DNA from: Candidatus Pacearchaeota archaeon
GTDB taxonomy: Archaea; Nanobdellota; Nanobdellia; Pacearchaeales; GW2011-AR1
Assembly (NCBI GenBank): GCA_018303825.1
Contig: JAGVXK010000001.1
Span: forward strand, 1-18,556
DNA length: 18,556 nucleotides
Direction of reading: 5' to 3'
Shown: in pieces, positions 1 to 8,228 of the stretch
How positions within the stretch are numbered: the first letter of the stretch is position 1
Layout: every line of letters starts with the position of its first letter
Translations under genes and position numbers: made by a program
The notes under the pieces: model-generated
What the model saw: the letters and a program-made list of their open reading frames with translations, nothing else
Database searches by the model: none
What the model was told of the DNA's origin: nothing

Positions 1-81
1 GAAATGGCAGAAATATCAAATATGTTTGGCACGATTATCATACGTGATAAAAAATCAGACAATCTGGAAGCACAAGAGTGA
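1..81 (+). CDS. 3' end of an unidentified CDS (partial, runs off window)
   Basis: Frame 1 is open from base 1 (EMAEISNMFGTIIIRDKKSDNLEAQE) to TGA at 79-81. The stop overlaps the end of a mini-IS200 element. Confidence 0.5.
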   Translation, partial: EMAEISNMFGTIIIRDKKSDNLEAQE

Positions 82-240
82 GTTCCCATAACAAGCTATG
101 AGACATCAAACAAAATCATTATTTCTAATTGATTACCTTTATTGAACATTAGATGATTATTTTTGTTAAACTATTTCACTTTTATATTGTATTCTGCTGT
201 ATTATCTATGAAGCAAGCTGTGGTAGCATTAGAAAGAATA
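78..240 (-). mobile_element. Non-autonomous mini IS200/IS605-like element (PATE/MITE-like), decayed copy 1
   Basis: Minus strand reads GATGTCTCATAGCTTGTTATGGGAACTCAC at one end, aligning with the right end of the tnpA IS200 (GATGCCACGAGGTCTTGCCTCGTGGAGCTTCAC). A second degenerate GCAAGC hairpin lies at about 202-230. It shares internal blocks (AAACAAAA, GAACATTAG, TATTGTA, GAAAGAATA) with the copy at 18264-18441. Confidence 0.7.
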
Positions 241-287
241 AATCTCTTCCTATAAAAATTTAAATACCTAACTTCTTACTCTCATTC

Positions 288-2009
288 ATGAGAATAATAA
301 CATTGCATTGCGATTATATTAAGTTCAAGCCTATAAAAAAAGCCATCAAATCTGCCGAAGAGCTTGATGAAAAAGGGAAAAAAGAGAAGGAAATAAAAGA
401 CCCCCTTGTTGTTCTTACAGCAGTTGAGCAGGGAGACAACGACCAAATTGTAAAACAATACATTGAAAGCATAAAAAAGACTGCGGAAGAAGTAAAGGCA
501 AAGAAGATTGTTCTTTACCCATATGCGCATCTTTCTTCAAATCTTGCTGACCCCACAACCGCAAGGGAATATATGGTTGAGGCGGAAGAAGTGCTGGCGA
601 AAGAGGGTTTTGAAGTTACAAGGGCTCCTTTTGGATATTACAAAGAATTTGAATTGAAATGCAAGGGACATCCTTTAAGTGAATTGAGCAAAGAATTCAG
701 AGTTCAGGGAGCTGCGACAGTTAACAAGAAAGGGGAAGTTAAACAACATAAAGAAGGAGGAAAGATAATACTTGACAGGAGAAACCTTCCTGCTAATGAC
801 CATAGAATATTAGGGGAAGACTTGCAAATATTTCATTTAAGTGATGATGTCGGTCCAGGGTTGCCTTTGTGGCTGCCAAATGGGGAGGCAATAAGAAATC
901 AACTGATGTTATTCATGAGAGCAGAAGAAGAAAAGTTTGGGTATAAGTATGTCTCAACTCCGCATATAACAAAAGGAAGATTGTATGAAAAAACAGGGCA
1001 TTTACCATATTATGCGGACACAATGTTTCCTCCATTAAACATAGATGGAGTTGATTATTATCTTAAGCCCATGAACTGTCCGCACCACCATATGATATTT
1101 AATAAGATTGTAAAATCATACAGGGATTTACCATTAAGATTAGCAGAAGAAGGTGCAGTATATAGAAATGAATTATCTGGAGTTACATATGGATTGATAA
1201 GAGTTAGAAGCATGACAATGAATGATGCGCATATATACGTAACACCAGAACAGTTAAAGGGTGAATTCATAAAGGTACTTGAGCTTTTCGAGGAAGTATA
1301 CAAAGTGTTAGGCATAAAAGATTACTGGTTCAGGCTTTCTCTTCCTAATTTCAAGAGAAATCCTGAAAAGTATACTGGCAATCCAAAAGAATGGGAATAC
1401 GCAAGCAATGAGATAAAGAAAGCAATGAAAGAGTGGGGAAAGAAGTTCGTGGAAGGGGAAGGAGAGGCAGCTTTCTATGGGCCAAAGATAGATATTCAGA
1501 TAAAAAACACACAAGGCAAAGAAGAGACGATAGCAACAAGCCAAGTGGATATTGTAATTCCTAAAAGACTAGGTATGACCTATGTGGATGATAAGGGAGA
1601 AAAGAAAACTCCTATTGTTATTCATAGGGCAATAGTTGGTACAATGGAAAGATTCACGGCTTTCTTATTAGAGCAAACTTCTGGAAATCTTCCACTCTGG
1701 CTTTCTCCCGTGCAAGTAAGAGTAATCAACTTCACAGATAGAAATACAAAGGCTGCTGAGAAAATAATTGAAAAATTAAGAAAAGAAATCCCAAATATCA
1801 GGATAGATTCTGATTTCAGGAATACAACTGTAAATGATAAAGTCAGAGACAGCGAAATGATGAAAATACCTTACCTGGTTACAATTGGAGATAAAGAAGA
1901 AGAAAAATCTACATTAGCTATAAAGAAAAGGGGAGAAAAACCAGAGTTTGGAGTTAAAATAGATAAGTTTATTAAAGAAGCTTCAGATAAAATCTTGAAA
2001 ATGGAATAA
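288..2009 (+). CDS. thrS: Threonyl-tRNA synthetase (archaeal DTD-like editing domain plus class II catalytic and anticodon-binding domains)
   Basis: N-terminus MRIITLHCDYIKF...YPYAHLS...RAPFGYYKEFELKCKGHPLSELSK is the archaeal Thr editing domain. Core motifs: LKPMNCPHH (Zn), YRNELSG...GLIRVRSMTMNDAHI, GEAAFYGPKIDI, VIHRAIVGTMERF, WLSPVQV. TATA-like TTTAAATA at about 259-266. Confidence 0.97.
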   Translation: MRIITLHCDYIKFKPIKKAIKSAEELDEKGKKEKEIKDPLVVLTAVEQGDNDQIVKQYIESIKKTAEEVKAKKIVLYPYAHLSSNLADPTTAREYMVEAEEVLAKEGFEVTRAPFGYYKEFELKCKGHPLSELSKEFRVQGAATVNKKGEVKQHKEGGKIILDRRNLPANDHRILGEDLQIFHLSDDVGPGLPLWLPNGEAIRNQLMLFMRAEEEKFGYKYVSTPHITKGRLYEKTGHLPYYADTMFPPLNIDGVDYYLKPMNCPHHHMIFNKIVKSYRDLPLRLAEEGAVYRNELSGVTYGLIRVRSMTMNDAHIYVTPEQLKGEFIKVLELFEEVYKVLGIKDYWFRLSLPNFKRNPEKYTGNPKEWEYASNEIKKAMKEWGKKFVEGEGEAAFYGPKIDIQIKNTQGKEETIATSQVDIVIPKRLGMTYVDDKGEKKTPIVIHRAIVGTMERFTAFLLEQTSGNLPLWLSPVQVRVINFTDRNTKAAEKIIEKLRKEIPNIRIDSDFRNTTVNDKVRDSEMMKIPYLVTIGDKEEEKSTLAIKKRGEKPEFGVKIDKFIKEASDKILKME

Positions 2010-2025
2010 AAAGGAGAAATAAAAG

Positions 2026-2718
2026 ATGAAAATAGCGCCATACGTTGAAAGACTTGAAAAATCCAAAGAGTATAAGGATTTTCGTAAAAAGTATAAAAAC
2101 TCCTTTATGGCAGTTGGTTTCTTTGTCCTTGACCTAGAATTAGGAAAAAACATTCATCAGCTTGACTTTTATGTTCCAAGCGAGAAAAAGATAGCCGCAT
2201 TTACACTTGACAGCGGGGTAAAAGTGCAGTTGCTTGAAACTATGAATAACAAGGTTCCTGAGAAGCTGGATATGAATACAAATGTTGACCTTGACGCGCT
2301 TCATGGCATCCTTGAAGATGAAATGAAAAACAGGAACATTACAGATGAAATAAAGAAAATAGTTGCTATTTTGCAGAATATTGATGGAAAAAAGCTTTGG
2401 AACTTAAACTGTGTTCTTTCCGGAATGCAGATACTTAGAGCCCATGTTGATGATGCTTCTAAATCTGTTTTGAAAATGGAAAGGCTCTCTATGATGGACC
2501 TGATGCAAAAAGTTCCAGGAAACATGCTAAAAGAAGCAGTAAAGGGAAAGATGAGCAAAGATGATGTAAAATCCGAGCTAGGAAAGTTGGACAAAATGGA
2601 AGAAGAGATAGAAAAAGAAAAGAAAGAACTCGCCTTTGAGTTGGAAAAAAAGGAAAGCATTGCCAAAGAAGAAAAAGAAGCCAAGAAACAAGCAAAGCCA
2701 AAAATGAACAAGAAATAG
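2026..2718 (+). CDS. Hypothetical protein with charged coiled-coil C-terminus
   Basis: 230-aa ORF directly after thrS, with AAGGAG SD-like site upstream and a Lys/Glu-rich tail. No recognisable catalytic motif. Confidence 0.8.
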   Translation: MKIAPYVERLEKSKEYKDFRKKYKNSFMAVGFFVLDLELGKNIHQLDFYVPSEKKIAAFTLDSGVKVQLLETMNNKVPEKLDMNTNVDLDALHGILEDEMKNRNITDEIKKIVAILQNIDGKKLWNLNCVLSGMQILRAHVDDASKSVLKMERLSMMDLMQKVPGNMLKEAVKGKMSKDDVKSELGKLDKMEEEIEKEKKELAFELEKKESIAKEEKEAKKQAKPKMNKK

Positions 2719-2747
2719 TTTAAATAAGACAATTCTTCTATAGATTA

Positions 2748-3371
2748 ATGGCTGAGCAAAAAAAGGAAAGGTACGAATTTATCAAGGAAACATCAAATAA
2801 ACAAAGATTGATAGTGTTCTTTATTTCATTGTTTGTAATACTGCTTCTTTTGAGTTCAATCATAACACTTTATATTATTTTTAAGGATTCAATAAATCAA
2901 TCTCAGTCGTTGCATGCTTTCAAATCATTTCTAGGCAATGAAGTCAAAAATGCCAGCCCCTTAGGAGTATTTTATGCCTCATTTACCGGAGCATTCTTCT
3001 TTATGTTTACTCCAATAGAACTTTTTTTCACTATTAGTTTAAGGAATGGAAATCCTCCTTTGCTTGTCCTGTTTTTTACTCTTGCGGGGATTATCCCTGC
3101 TTATTTAATTAATTATTTTATAGGTGCTAAGGCAGGAAGATTTATCCTCAATTTCATTTCAAAGAAAAAAATTTACGCTGCGAGAAGAAAAGTAAATAAA
3201 TATGGGGTTTATGCAATTCTTTTGTTCAGCATTCTTCCCTTGCCAGCAGACCTATTAACTCTCGGTTTGGGAATGACAAAATACAATATTCTTAGGCTGT
3301 TTAGCTTTATTATTATCGGAAGTCTCATTAAATATGGCTTTCTGATACTTATTTTTAAAGGGATATTCTAA
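2748..3371 (+). CDS. DedA/VTT (SNARE-associated, YqaA-like) membrane protein
   Basis: Several hydrophobic segments. Family-like motifs PIELFF, NYFIG, KYGVYAILLFSILPLPADLLTLGLGMTKY, IGSLIKY. Confidence 0.85.
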   Translation: MAEQKKERYEFIKETSNKQRLIVFFISLFVILLLLSSIITLYIIFKDSINQSQSLHAFKSFLGNEVKNASPLGVFYASFTGAFFFMFTPIELFFTISLRNGNPPLLVLFFTLAGIIPAYLINYFIGAKAGRFILNFISKKKIYAARRKVNKYGVYAILLFSILPLPADLLTLGLGMTKYNILRLFSFIIIGSLIKYGFLILIFKGIF

Positions 3372-3531
3372 GTTTAACAGAGCGTCTTAATTTAATCTTG
3401 CCAATATTAATTACATGTATGAATTGTAAGATTCTTTGCTCAAATTGCCTAAAGTTATCTTGGTTATGCTATATTTGGTTCTAGATAAAGGTGTAAAATA
3501 AATTTATAAACACGTAAAATCATAGAAAGAT

Positions 3532-3975
3532 ATGAAAATAGAAGTATTATCTGAATCTTTGTATTCCCCGGAAAGGACATTTGATGTGATGAAATTGAGG
3601 GGAAAGAAGGTGATAACATCGAAGGGGCTTGTTATGGGAAAAGTGAAAAAAGTAATAGTTGGCCGAAAGTCATTTAACATTGAGGGAATAATAATGGGAA
3701 GAAAGTTTTCTTTCAAAAAGATATATATTGGAGAAAGCTATTTCCAAAGCATGTCAGAAAAGGCCTTGATTTTGTCAATTGAACCTTCTTTTCTGCTTAT
3801 TGGAAAAAAAGTATTGAACAATGAAGGGAAAGTAATTGGAAAAGTAAAAGAAGTTATGAGAAAGGGAGATTCAAATGACTTTGAGAGCTTGATTGTGAAA
3901 TCATTCTGGAAGAAAAGCTTTACTGTCAAATCTGGAGAGATTAAATTCCTGGGGAAGTCAATTGTATTAAAATAA
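3532..3975 (+). CDS. Tandem PRC-barrel domain protein (CdpB-like)
   Basis: Two repeats of the PRC pattern (LRGKKVITSKGLVMGKVKKV; LIGKKVLNNEGKVIGKVKEV). TTTATAAA about 25 nt upstream. Confidence 0.85.
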   Translation: MKIEVLSESLYSPERTFDVMKLRGKKVITSKGLVMGKVKKVIVGRKSFNIEGIIMGRKFSFKKIYIGESYFQSMSEKALILSIEPSFLLIGKKVLNNEGKVIGKVKEVMRKGDSNDFESLIVKSFWKKSFTVKSGEIKFLGKSIVLK

Positions 3976-3976
3976 A

Positions 3977-4450
3977 ATGGTGAGAGAAAAAATATCTGTA
4001 GAAAATGCTGGAGAATTGATTACTTCGGATGATATTCTTGGAAAAGAGGTTATAGATGCGGAAGGGGATTTCATAGGCATCGCCGAGTCTGTTTTTATCA
4101 ACCCAAAAAACCTTGATTTTGTTGGAATTTCAATTGATAAGGGATTCCTGAAGAAAGGCCTCATGATTGGAAAAGAATATGTAAAAAATATAACCCCTTA
4201 CGCTGTTTTTCTTAATGTCAGACCCGCATATTTGCTTAAGGGAATGGATATATTTGATATTGAGGGAGAAAAGGTTGGAAGTGTGAAGGAATTGATATTG
4301 AGAGATAATAAGAATCAGATAAAAAAAATAATCACTTCTCTTGGAATGCTGAAGAAAAGAATAGAAATTGATGCGCAATTTATAAAATCAATAGGAGAGA
4401 ATGTTTTCCTTAATGTAAAGAAGAGAGAGATAATCCAATTGATGCGATAG
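3977..4450 (+). CDS. Tandem PRC-barrel domain protein (CdpB-like), second paralogue
   Basis: Two PRC repeats (ILGKEVIDAEGDFIGIAESV; LKGMDIFDIEGEKVGSVKEL). Starts 1 nt after the previous stop. Confidence 0.85.
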   Translation: MVREKISVENAGELITSDDILGKEVIDAEGDFIGIAESVFINPKNLDFVGISIDKGFLKKGLMIGKEYVKNITPYAVFLNVRPAYLLKGMDIFDIEGEKVGSVKELILRDNKNQIKKIITSLGMLKKRIEIDAQFIKSIGENVFLNVKKREIIQLMR

Positions 4451-4454
4451 ATAA

Positions 4455-4994
4455 TTATTTTACAAGACCCTTGTTCCAAAGCATCTTGGTATACCCTTCT
4501 TTTACCGGCTTTTTCTTTGCTAAGCCCAGGGATTTTATTGCTAAAAGAACTCTTTTTCTGGCAACTTCAATCTCGTTTGGCTTTGCCAGGTATTCTACTT
4601 CAACAAACCAGCCTAAACCATGAACATTGTTTATTTCTATGTGCAAATTTTTTGCTATTTCATATAATTCAGTTATTTTTTCCTTTCTTGCCCATTTTTT
4701 ATATCCAAAATCTTTTATTAAAGCAAGAAAACCATTTATATCTGAAACATTGAATTCAACTTCTTTTTTCGCATGAACCCCTTTTTCATACTTCCATTCG
4801 TGCTTGAAGTTTATTTGATGTGCTCTATTGAGCTTTCTTACTCTTAGGCTTTTCTTTGGATATCTGTCCAATGATTCAAGAGTGTAATAATCATCTACTT
4901 TTCTTTGCTTTCCTTTATACTTCCCCAGAAGGCTTGCCCTTCTCCTTATTTCATTTACATTAGAAATTGCTATTTTTAACTCCACCTCTATCAT
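4455..4994 (-). CDS. CYTH domain protein (class IV adenylate cyclase / triphosphate tunnel metalloenzyme family)
   Basis: N-terminal ExExK motif (MIEVELK), DDYY, LRVR, KKEVEF, V.GLGWFVEVE, and a GY near the C-terminus. Confidence 0.9.
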   Translation of the reverse strand: MIEVELKIAISNVNEIRRRASLLGKYKGKQRKVDDYYTLESLDRYPKKSLRVRKLNRAHQINFKHEWKYEKGVHAKKEVEFNVSDINGFLALIKDFGYKKWARKEKITELYEIAKNLHIEINNVHGLGWFVEVEYLAKPNEIEVARKRVLLAIKSLGLAKKKPVKEGYTKMLWNKGLVK

Positions 4995-5036
4995 GATTTA
5001 TTTAGGATGATATAGTTTAAAAATTATCTCCTAACA

Positions 5037-5161
5037 GGTTTTGTTAAGCTAACGGGTGATGACCAATTTTATCATCGGTACTTTATGATATTAATTTAAG
5101 CGAACTTTCATAGTTTATAGTCGGTATTTTGGGTTTTATCACCTTTTAATTTAACAGAACC
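5037..5161. mobile_element. 125-bp IS6-like MITE with 8-bp target-site duplication
   Basis: Terminal IRs GGTTTTGTTAAGCTAACGGGTGAT and GGTTCTGTTAAATTAAAAGGTGAT (19/24 match). Identical flanking TCCTAACA at 5029-5036 and 5162-5169. GGTTCTGT termini and an 8-bp TSD are typical of IS6. Confidence 0.85.
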
Positions 5162-5301
5162 TCCTAACATTAATTCATTATCTTAGACAACAAGACATTA
5201 TTAAATATTGACATTGACAGAGGTATCAGTTCGTATGATTCCACTAAGGCAATGTACTAATTATAAAGACTACTAAGCTAAAGAATAAAAATAAAAAATA
5301 A

Positions 5302-5787
5302 TTAAGGAGCAACATAAGCTACATATGTGCAACCAAGCTTGTCCTGCGACTCAGCGCAGGTTCCAATAACACCTGTCTTAGTCTTAATAACTCCTGCAGC
5401 AGTCAAAGTGTAAGGAGCAACTCCCAATCCTCTTGTCACACCGTTAGTAATATTTGTTGTTGCAAGCTTTGGAGGGGCAGTTGCATTAAACACATTATTT
5501 GTCCCCGCAGAGTCAGTTATTATGACCTTGATTTGCTGTAGGTCAACATCGCCATCAGCCCATTGAACTGTAGCATTAACGAGACTCCCGCCTAAGGTGT
5601 CTGTGCCTCTAACAACGCAAGCGGTTGGCTTTAATGACAATGCAAGACAGTCTGCGGATTTCTCAATTGATTGCCCGCCCTGCTCAACTGGTCTTTTGAT
5701 GAAGCCCCAAATCAAAACAATGGCTGCAAGGGCTAAAAGAATTATAAGAATTGTGGTAATGATATCGCTCAACCCTTTTTTATTCAT
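5302..5787 (-). CDS. Archaeal type IV pilin-like protein (class III signal peptide)
   Basis: Start reassigned to ATG 5787: MNKKG|LSDIITTILIILLALAAIVLIWGF, i.e. a PibD-type cleavage site then a hydrophobic helix. Cys pairs in the globular domain. TATA about 25 nt upstream. Confidence 0.9.
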   Translation of the reverse strand: MNKKGLSDIITTILIILLALAAIVLIWGFIKRPVEQGGQSIEKSADCLALSLKPTACVVRGTDTLGGSLVNATVQWADGDVDLQQIKVIITDSAGTNNVFNATAPPKLATTNITNGVTRGLGVAPYTLTAAGVIKTKTGVIGTCAESQDKLGCTYVAYVAP

Positions 5788-5839
5788 CCAGTTTATAGCA
5801 AAATGGTATTTATAAATCTTTTGGAAAAGCACAATTAAG

Positions 5840-5943
5840 GGCGTGATTAGTTTTACGTCGATACTTTATGATATTATACTGAAAAGGCATTGCCATTTTA
5901 CAGCAGATAATTCTAATTTTATCATCTTTTAAGTTGACACCCC
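5840..5943. mobile_element. Decayed second copy of the IS6-like MITE
   Basis: Shares TACTTTATGATATTA (5862-5876 = 5079-5093) and a 20/23 match to the right IR (5917-5939 vs 5134-5156). The left IR is eroded and no TSD was found. Confidence 0.65.
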
Positions 5944-5955
5944 TAGAAAAATAGA

Positions 5956-7626
5956 CTATTTATGAGAGAACCAAAATTCACAAATGCCTTTCTTGTTCTT
6001 GTCACATCTGCAGAATCCAAATCTTTCAAACTGAATTATATTTCCTTCTTTTAGATTTAAAATACCTGAATCGGATTTGCCTTTTATCCAGTTTCCATCA
6101 GGCATTAGAACTTTTGTGTTCGTGCCAAGAGAAACCCAGGTTATTTTTGGTATATCTTTGTTTTCCAGAGAAGTGAACTGTGCTTTCTTTCCTTTAATTG
6201 GAAGTTTTACATTATATAAACGCAGAAGCCTTATCTCCTTTCCTTTAAATGTTTCATAATCCTGTTTTGAAATAGAAATGTCTGCAGCAGAAACAGGCAG
6301 GACTCTTTTCACCTCTGGTTTGTTCGGGTGAATTGGTATTTCTGTTTCTTCTGTATCTGGATGATTTATTATTTTCAAACTGATTGAATTTGGAACAAAG
6401 AAATACCTATTTGATGTCTTATCAATTATTTTTCTGTTTATCGCTGCAATTATGTCAAAATCTAAATTCACCTGATTCTTCGACAAACCTACTTGATTTG
6501 TGAGTTCATAGATTGCTTCTTTTGTTATGCCTCTTCTTTTTAATGCTCTTAAAGTTATTAGTCTCGGGTCATCCCATCCTATAAGCTCCCCTGATTCAAC
6601 TAACTCTCTGATTTCTCTTCCCTTTGTTGTGAAATCTATGACATTGAATCTGCCATATTGAACAATCATCTGTTTGTCCAACTTAAGAAGGTCTTTTATG
6701 TAATCCTGCAGTTCAACTCTTAAATCAAATTCATTGCTTCTAAGGATTAATGTTATTCCCATAAAACTGTCTTCTATTGGATTATAGAAATCATACATCG
6801 GCCAAACCTTGTATTTTGTTCCATGGCGGTAATGTTTGGCGTTTATCTGCCTAAACAAGACAGAATCCCTCATTACGTGATTCTGGCTTTTCATGTCTCC
6901 CTTTACTCTTAAAACGGCCTCTCCTTCTTTGAATTTTCCTTTAAGAAAGAGCTTCCATTCTTCCATGTTGTGGCTTTCTGCTTTCATCCTGCATTCACAT
7001 TCTATTCCCTTATGCCTAAGGTCCTGCATTTTTTCTCTATTGCAAAAGCACATGAATGCCTTTTCCATTTTTATCAGTTTTTCAGCATATTCGTAAAGCA
7101 GAGGCATATCATCAGAGACGAACCTTATTGCATCGGGCTTTATTTCCAAATAATCCAAAACATCAGACTTCATCGCATCAACATATTCCTGACTCACTTT
7201 TTCAGGATTAGTGTCTTCAAATCTTAAAAGACATTTTCCATTGTATTTTTTCGCATAAAGATAGTTCAATAAGAAAGTCATTGCATGACCGAGATGGTTG
7301 TATTTGCTCGGCTCGGGAGCCATCCTTGTAACAACTTTCATTCCCTTTTTTATATCTATTTCTGGAATGCCTTTTTCTTTTTCCTCTCTTTTTACAACAT
7401 ATTTTTCATATTTGGGATATTCTTTTTCGGCAGCATCTTTCTTTAATTTATTTATTTCAGAAACAATCTTTGTAATTTGCGGCATAATTGTTTTTATGTC
7501 CTCTTTTTTCAAGCCATGCTGGAACAGCTTTGGGAGCACATTTCCGGGGGTTGTTTTTCCATATTCAATCACTCCTCTAAGAGCATATGCTTTGATTTCA
7601 TTGTCTAAATCTATGCTTGAACTCAT
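5956..7626 (-). CDS. gltX: Glutamyl-tRNA synthetase, archaeal type
   Basis: TRMAPEPSKYNHLGH (HIGH motif), LRFEDTNP, WPMYDF, ILRSNEF, GWDDPRLITLRALKRRGI, and C-terminal QFERFGFCRCD. Likely start is the ATG at 7626 (ORF track extends to 7647). Confidence 0.96.
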   Translation of the reverse strand: MSSSIDLDNEIKAYALRGVIEYGKTTPGNVLPKLFQHGLKKEDIKTIMPQITKIVSEINKLKKDAAEKEYPKYEKYVVKREEKEKGIPEIDIKKGMKVVTRMAPEPSKYNHLGHAMTFLLNYLYAKKYNGKCLLRFEDTNPEKVSQEYVDAMKSDVLDYLEIKPDAIRFVSDDMPLLYEYAEKLIKMEKAFMCFCNREKMQDLRHKGIECECRMKAESHNMEEWKLFLKGKFKEGEAVLRVKGDMKSQNHVMRDSVLFRQINAKHYRHGTKYKVWPMYDFYNPIEDSFMGITLILRSNEFDLRVELQDYIKDLLKLDKQMIVQYGRFNVIDFTTKGREIRELVESGELIGWDDPRLITLRALKRRGITKEAIYELTNQVGLSKNQVNLDFDIIAAINRKIIDKTSNRYFFVPNSISLKIINHPDTEETEIPIHPNKPEVKRVLPVSAADISISKQDYETFKGKEIRLLRLYNVKLPIKGKKAQFTSLENKDIPKITWVSLGTNTKVLMPDGNWIKGKSDSGILNLKEGNIIQFERFGFCRCDKNKKGICEFWFSHK

Positions 7627-7650
7627 GACTAAACAAGAATAGAGCAATTT

Positions 7651-7989
7651 TTAAATTATGCCCTTTCTTTGAATTTCCACTCTTTCACCTATCATATCTA
7701 AGCGCTCACCTACTCTTCCTCTCCTAATTAATTCTGCGTAGGCTTCTTTAGACAAAACAACCCCAAAATTGCTTGCAAGTTTTCTTTCTCTATCATCTGG
7801 AATTTGATTTAACCCTATGTAAACTCCTGTATTTTGGACGCATAACAACAGCGGAACCTGTTTTGTTTTATTTCCCTCTTTATCCATAAAGTCAATAAAG
7901 CCATTAATGCCACGACTTCCCAGATTTAGCAATTCAGTTTCTTCCAGGAATATGTCCAATTCGTGACTAAAATAATAAATTGCTTCCAT
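7651..7989 (-). CDS. Hypothetical protein
   Basis: ORF 7651-7998. ATG 7989 preferred because TTATATAAA lies about 20-28 nt upstream. No known motif. Confidence 0.7.
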   Translation of the reverse strand: MEAIYYFSHELDIFLEETELLNLGSRGINGFIDFMDKEGNKTKQVPLLLCVQNTGVYIGLNQIPDDRERKLASNFGVVLSKEAYAELIRRGRVGERLDMIGERVEIQRKGII

Positions 7990-8032
7990 GTTTTTCACAA
8001 CATTGTTGTTTATATAAGATTAACTAGATTGT

Positions 8033-8109
8033 GGACCGCAAATAAACGGCACCTATTCTAATTGTTATTACTCAAATTTTACCTTATCCCAAACTGCATC
8101 AACTATCTC
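8033..8109. repeat. Solo decayed copy of the left end of the 12091-14842 element, including the 3' end of an unknown gene
   Basis: 8043-8102 matches 12102-12161 at 49/60 nt. The minus strand encodes EIVDAVWDKVKFE* versus KIIDAIWDKIKFE*. GGACCGCAAA at 8033 is a transition-decayed GAGCTGTAAA terminus. Confidence 0.8.
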
Positions 8110-8218
8110 CATTTAATAATGTGATTTTCCCATACAGGGGTTTAGATACCAAAACAGCTATTTCTTTGTCATCCAGGAAGATATTGATTCTTCCATTATA
8201 ATCATAAGTTATGGTCAT
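8099..8218 (-). pseudogene. Truncated paralogue (39 aa) of the 7651-7989 hypothetical gene
   Basis: MTITYDYNGRINIFLDDKEIAVLVSKPLYGKITLLNGDS aligns without gaps to the N-terminus of 7651-7989 (10/39 identical, many conservative). It ends where the element-end remnant begins. Not in the ORF track. Confidence 0.55.
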
Positions 8219-8228
8219 TTCTTTTTAT

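Noticed and set aside
3362-3384. TTTAACAGAGC resembling an IS6-like right end
   Set aside because: Only about 10 nt match, no partner IR or TSD, and it abuts the end of a CDS.
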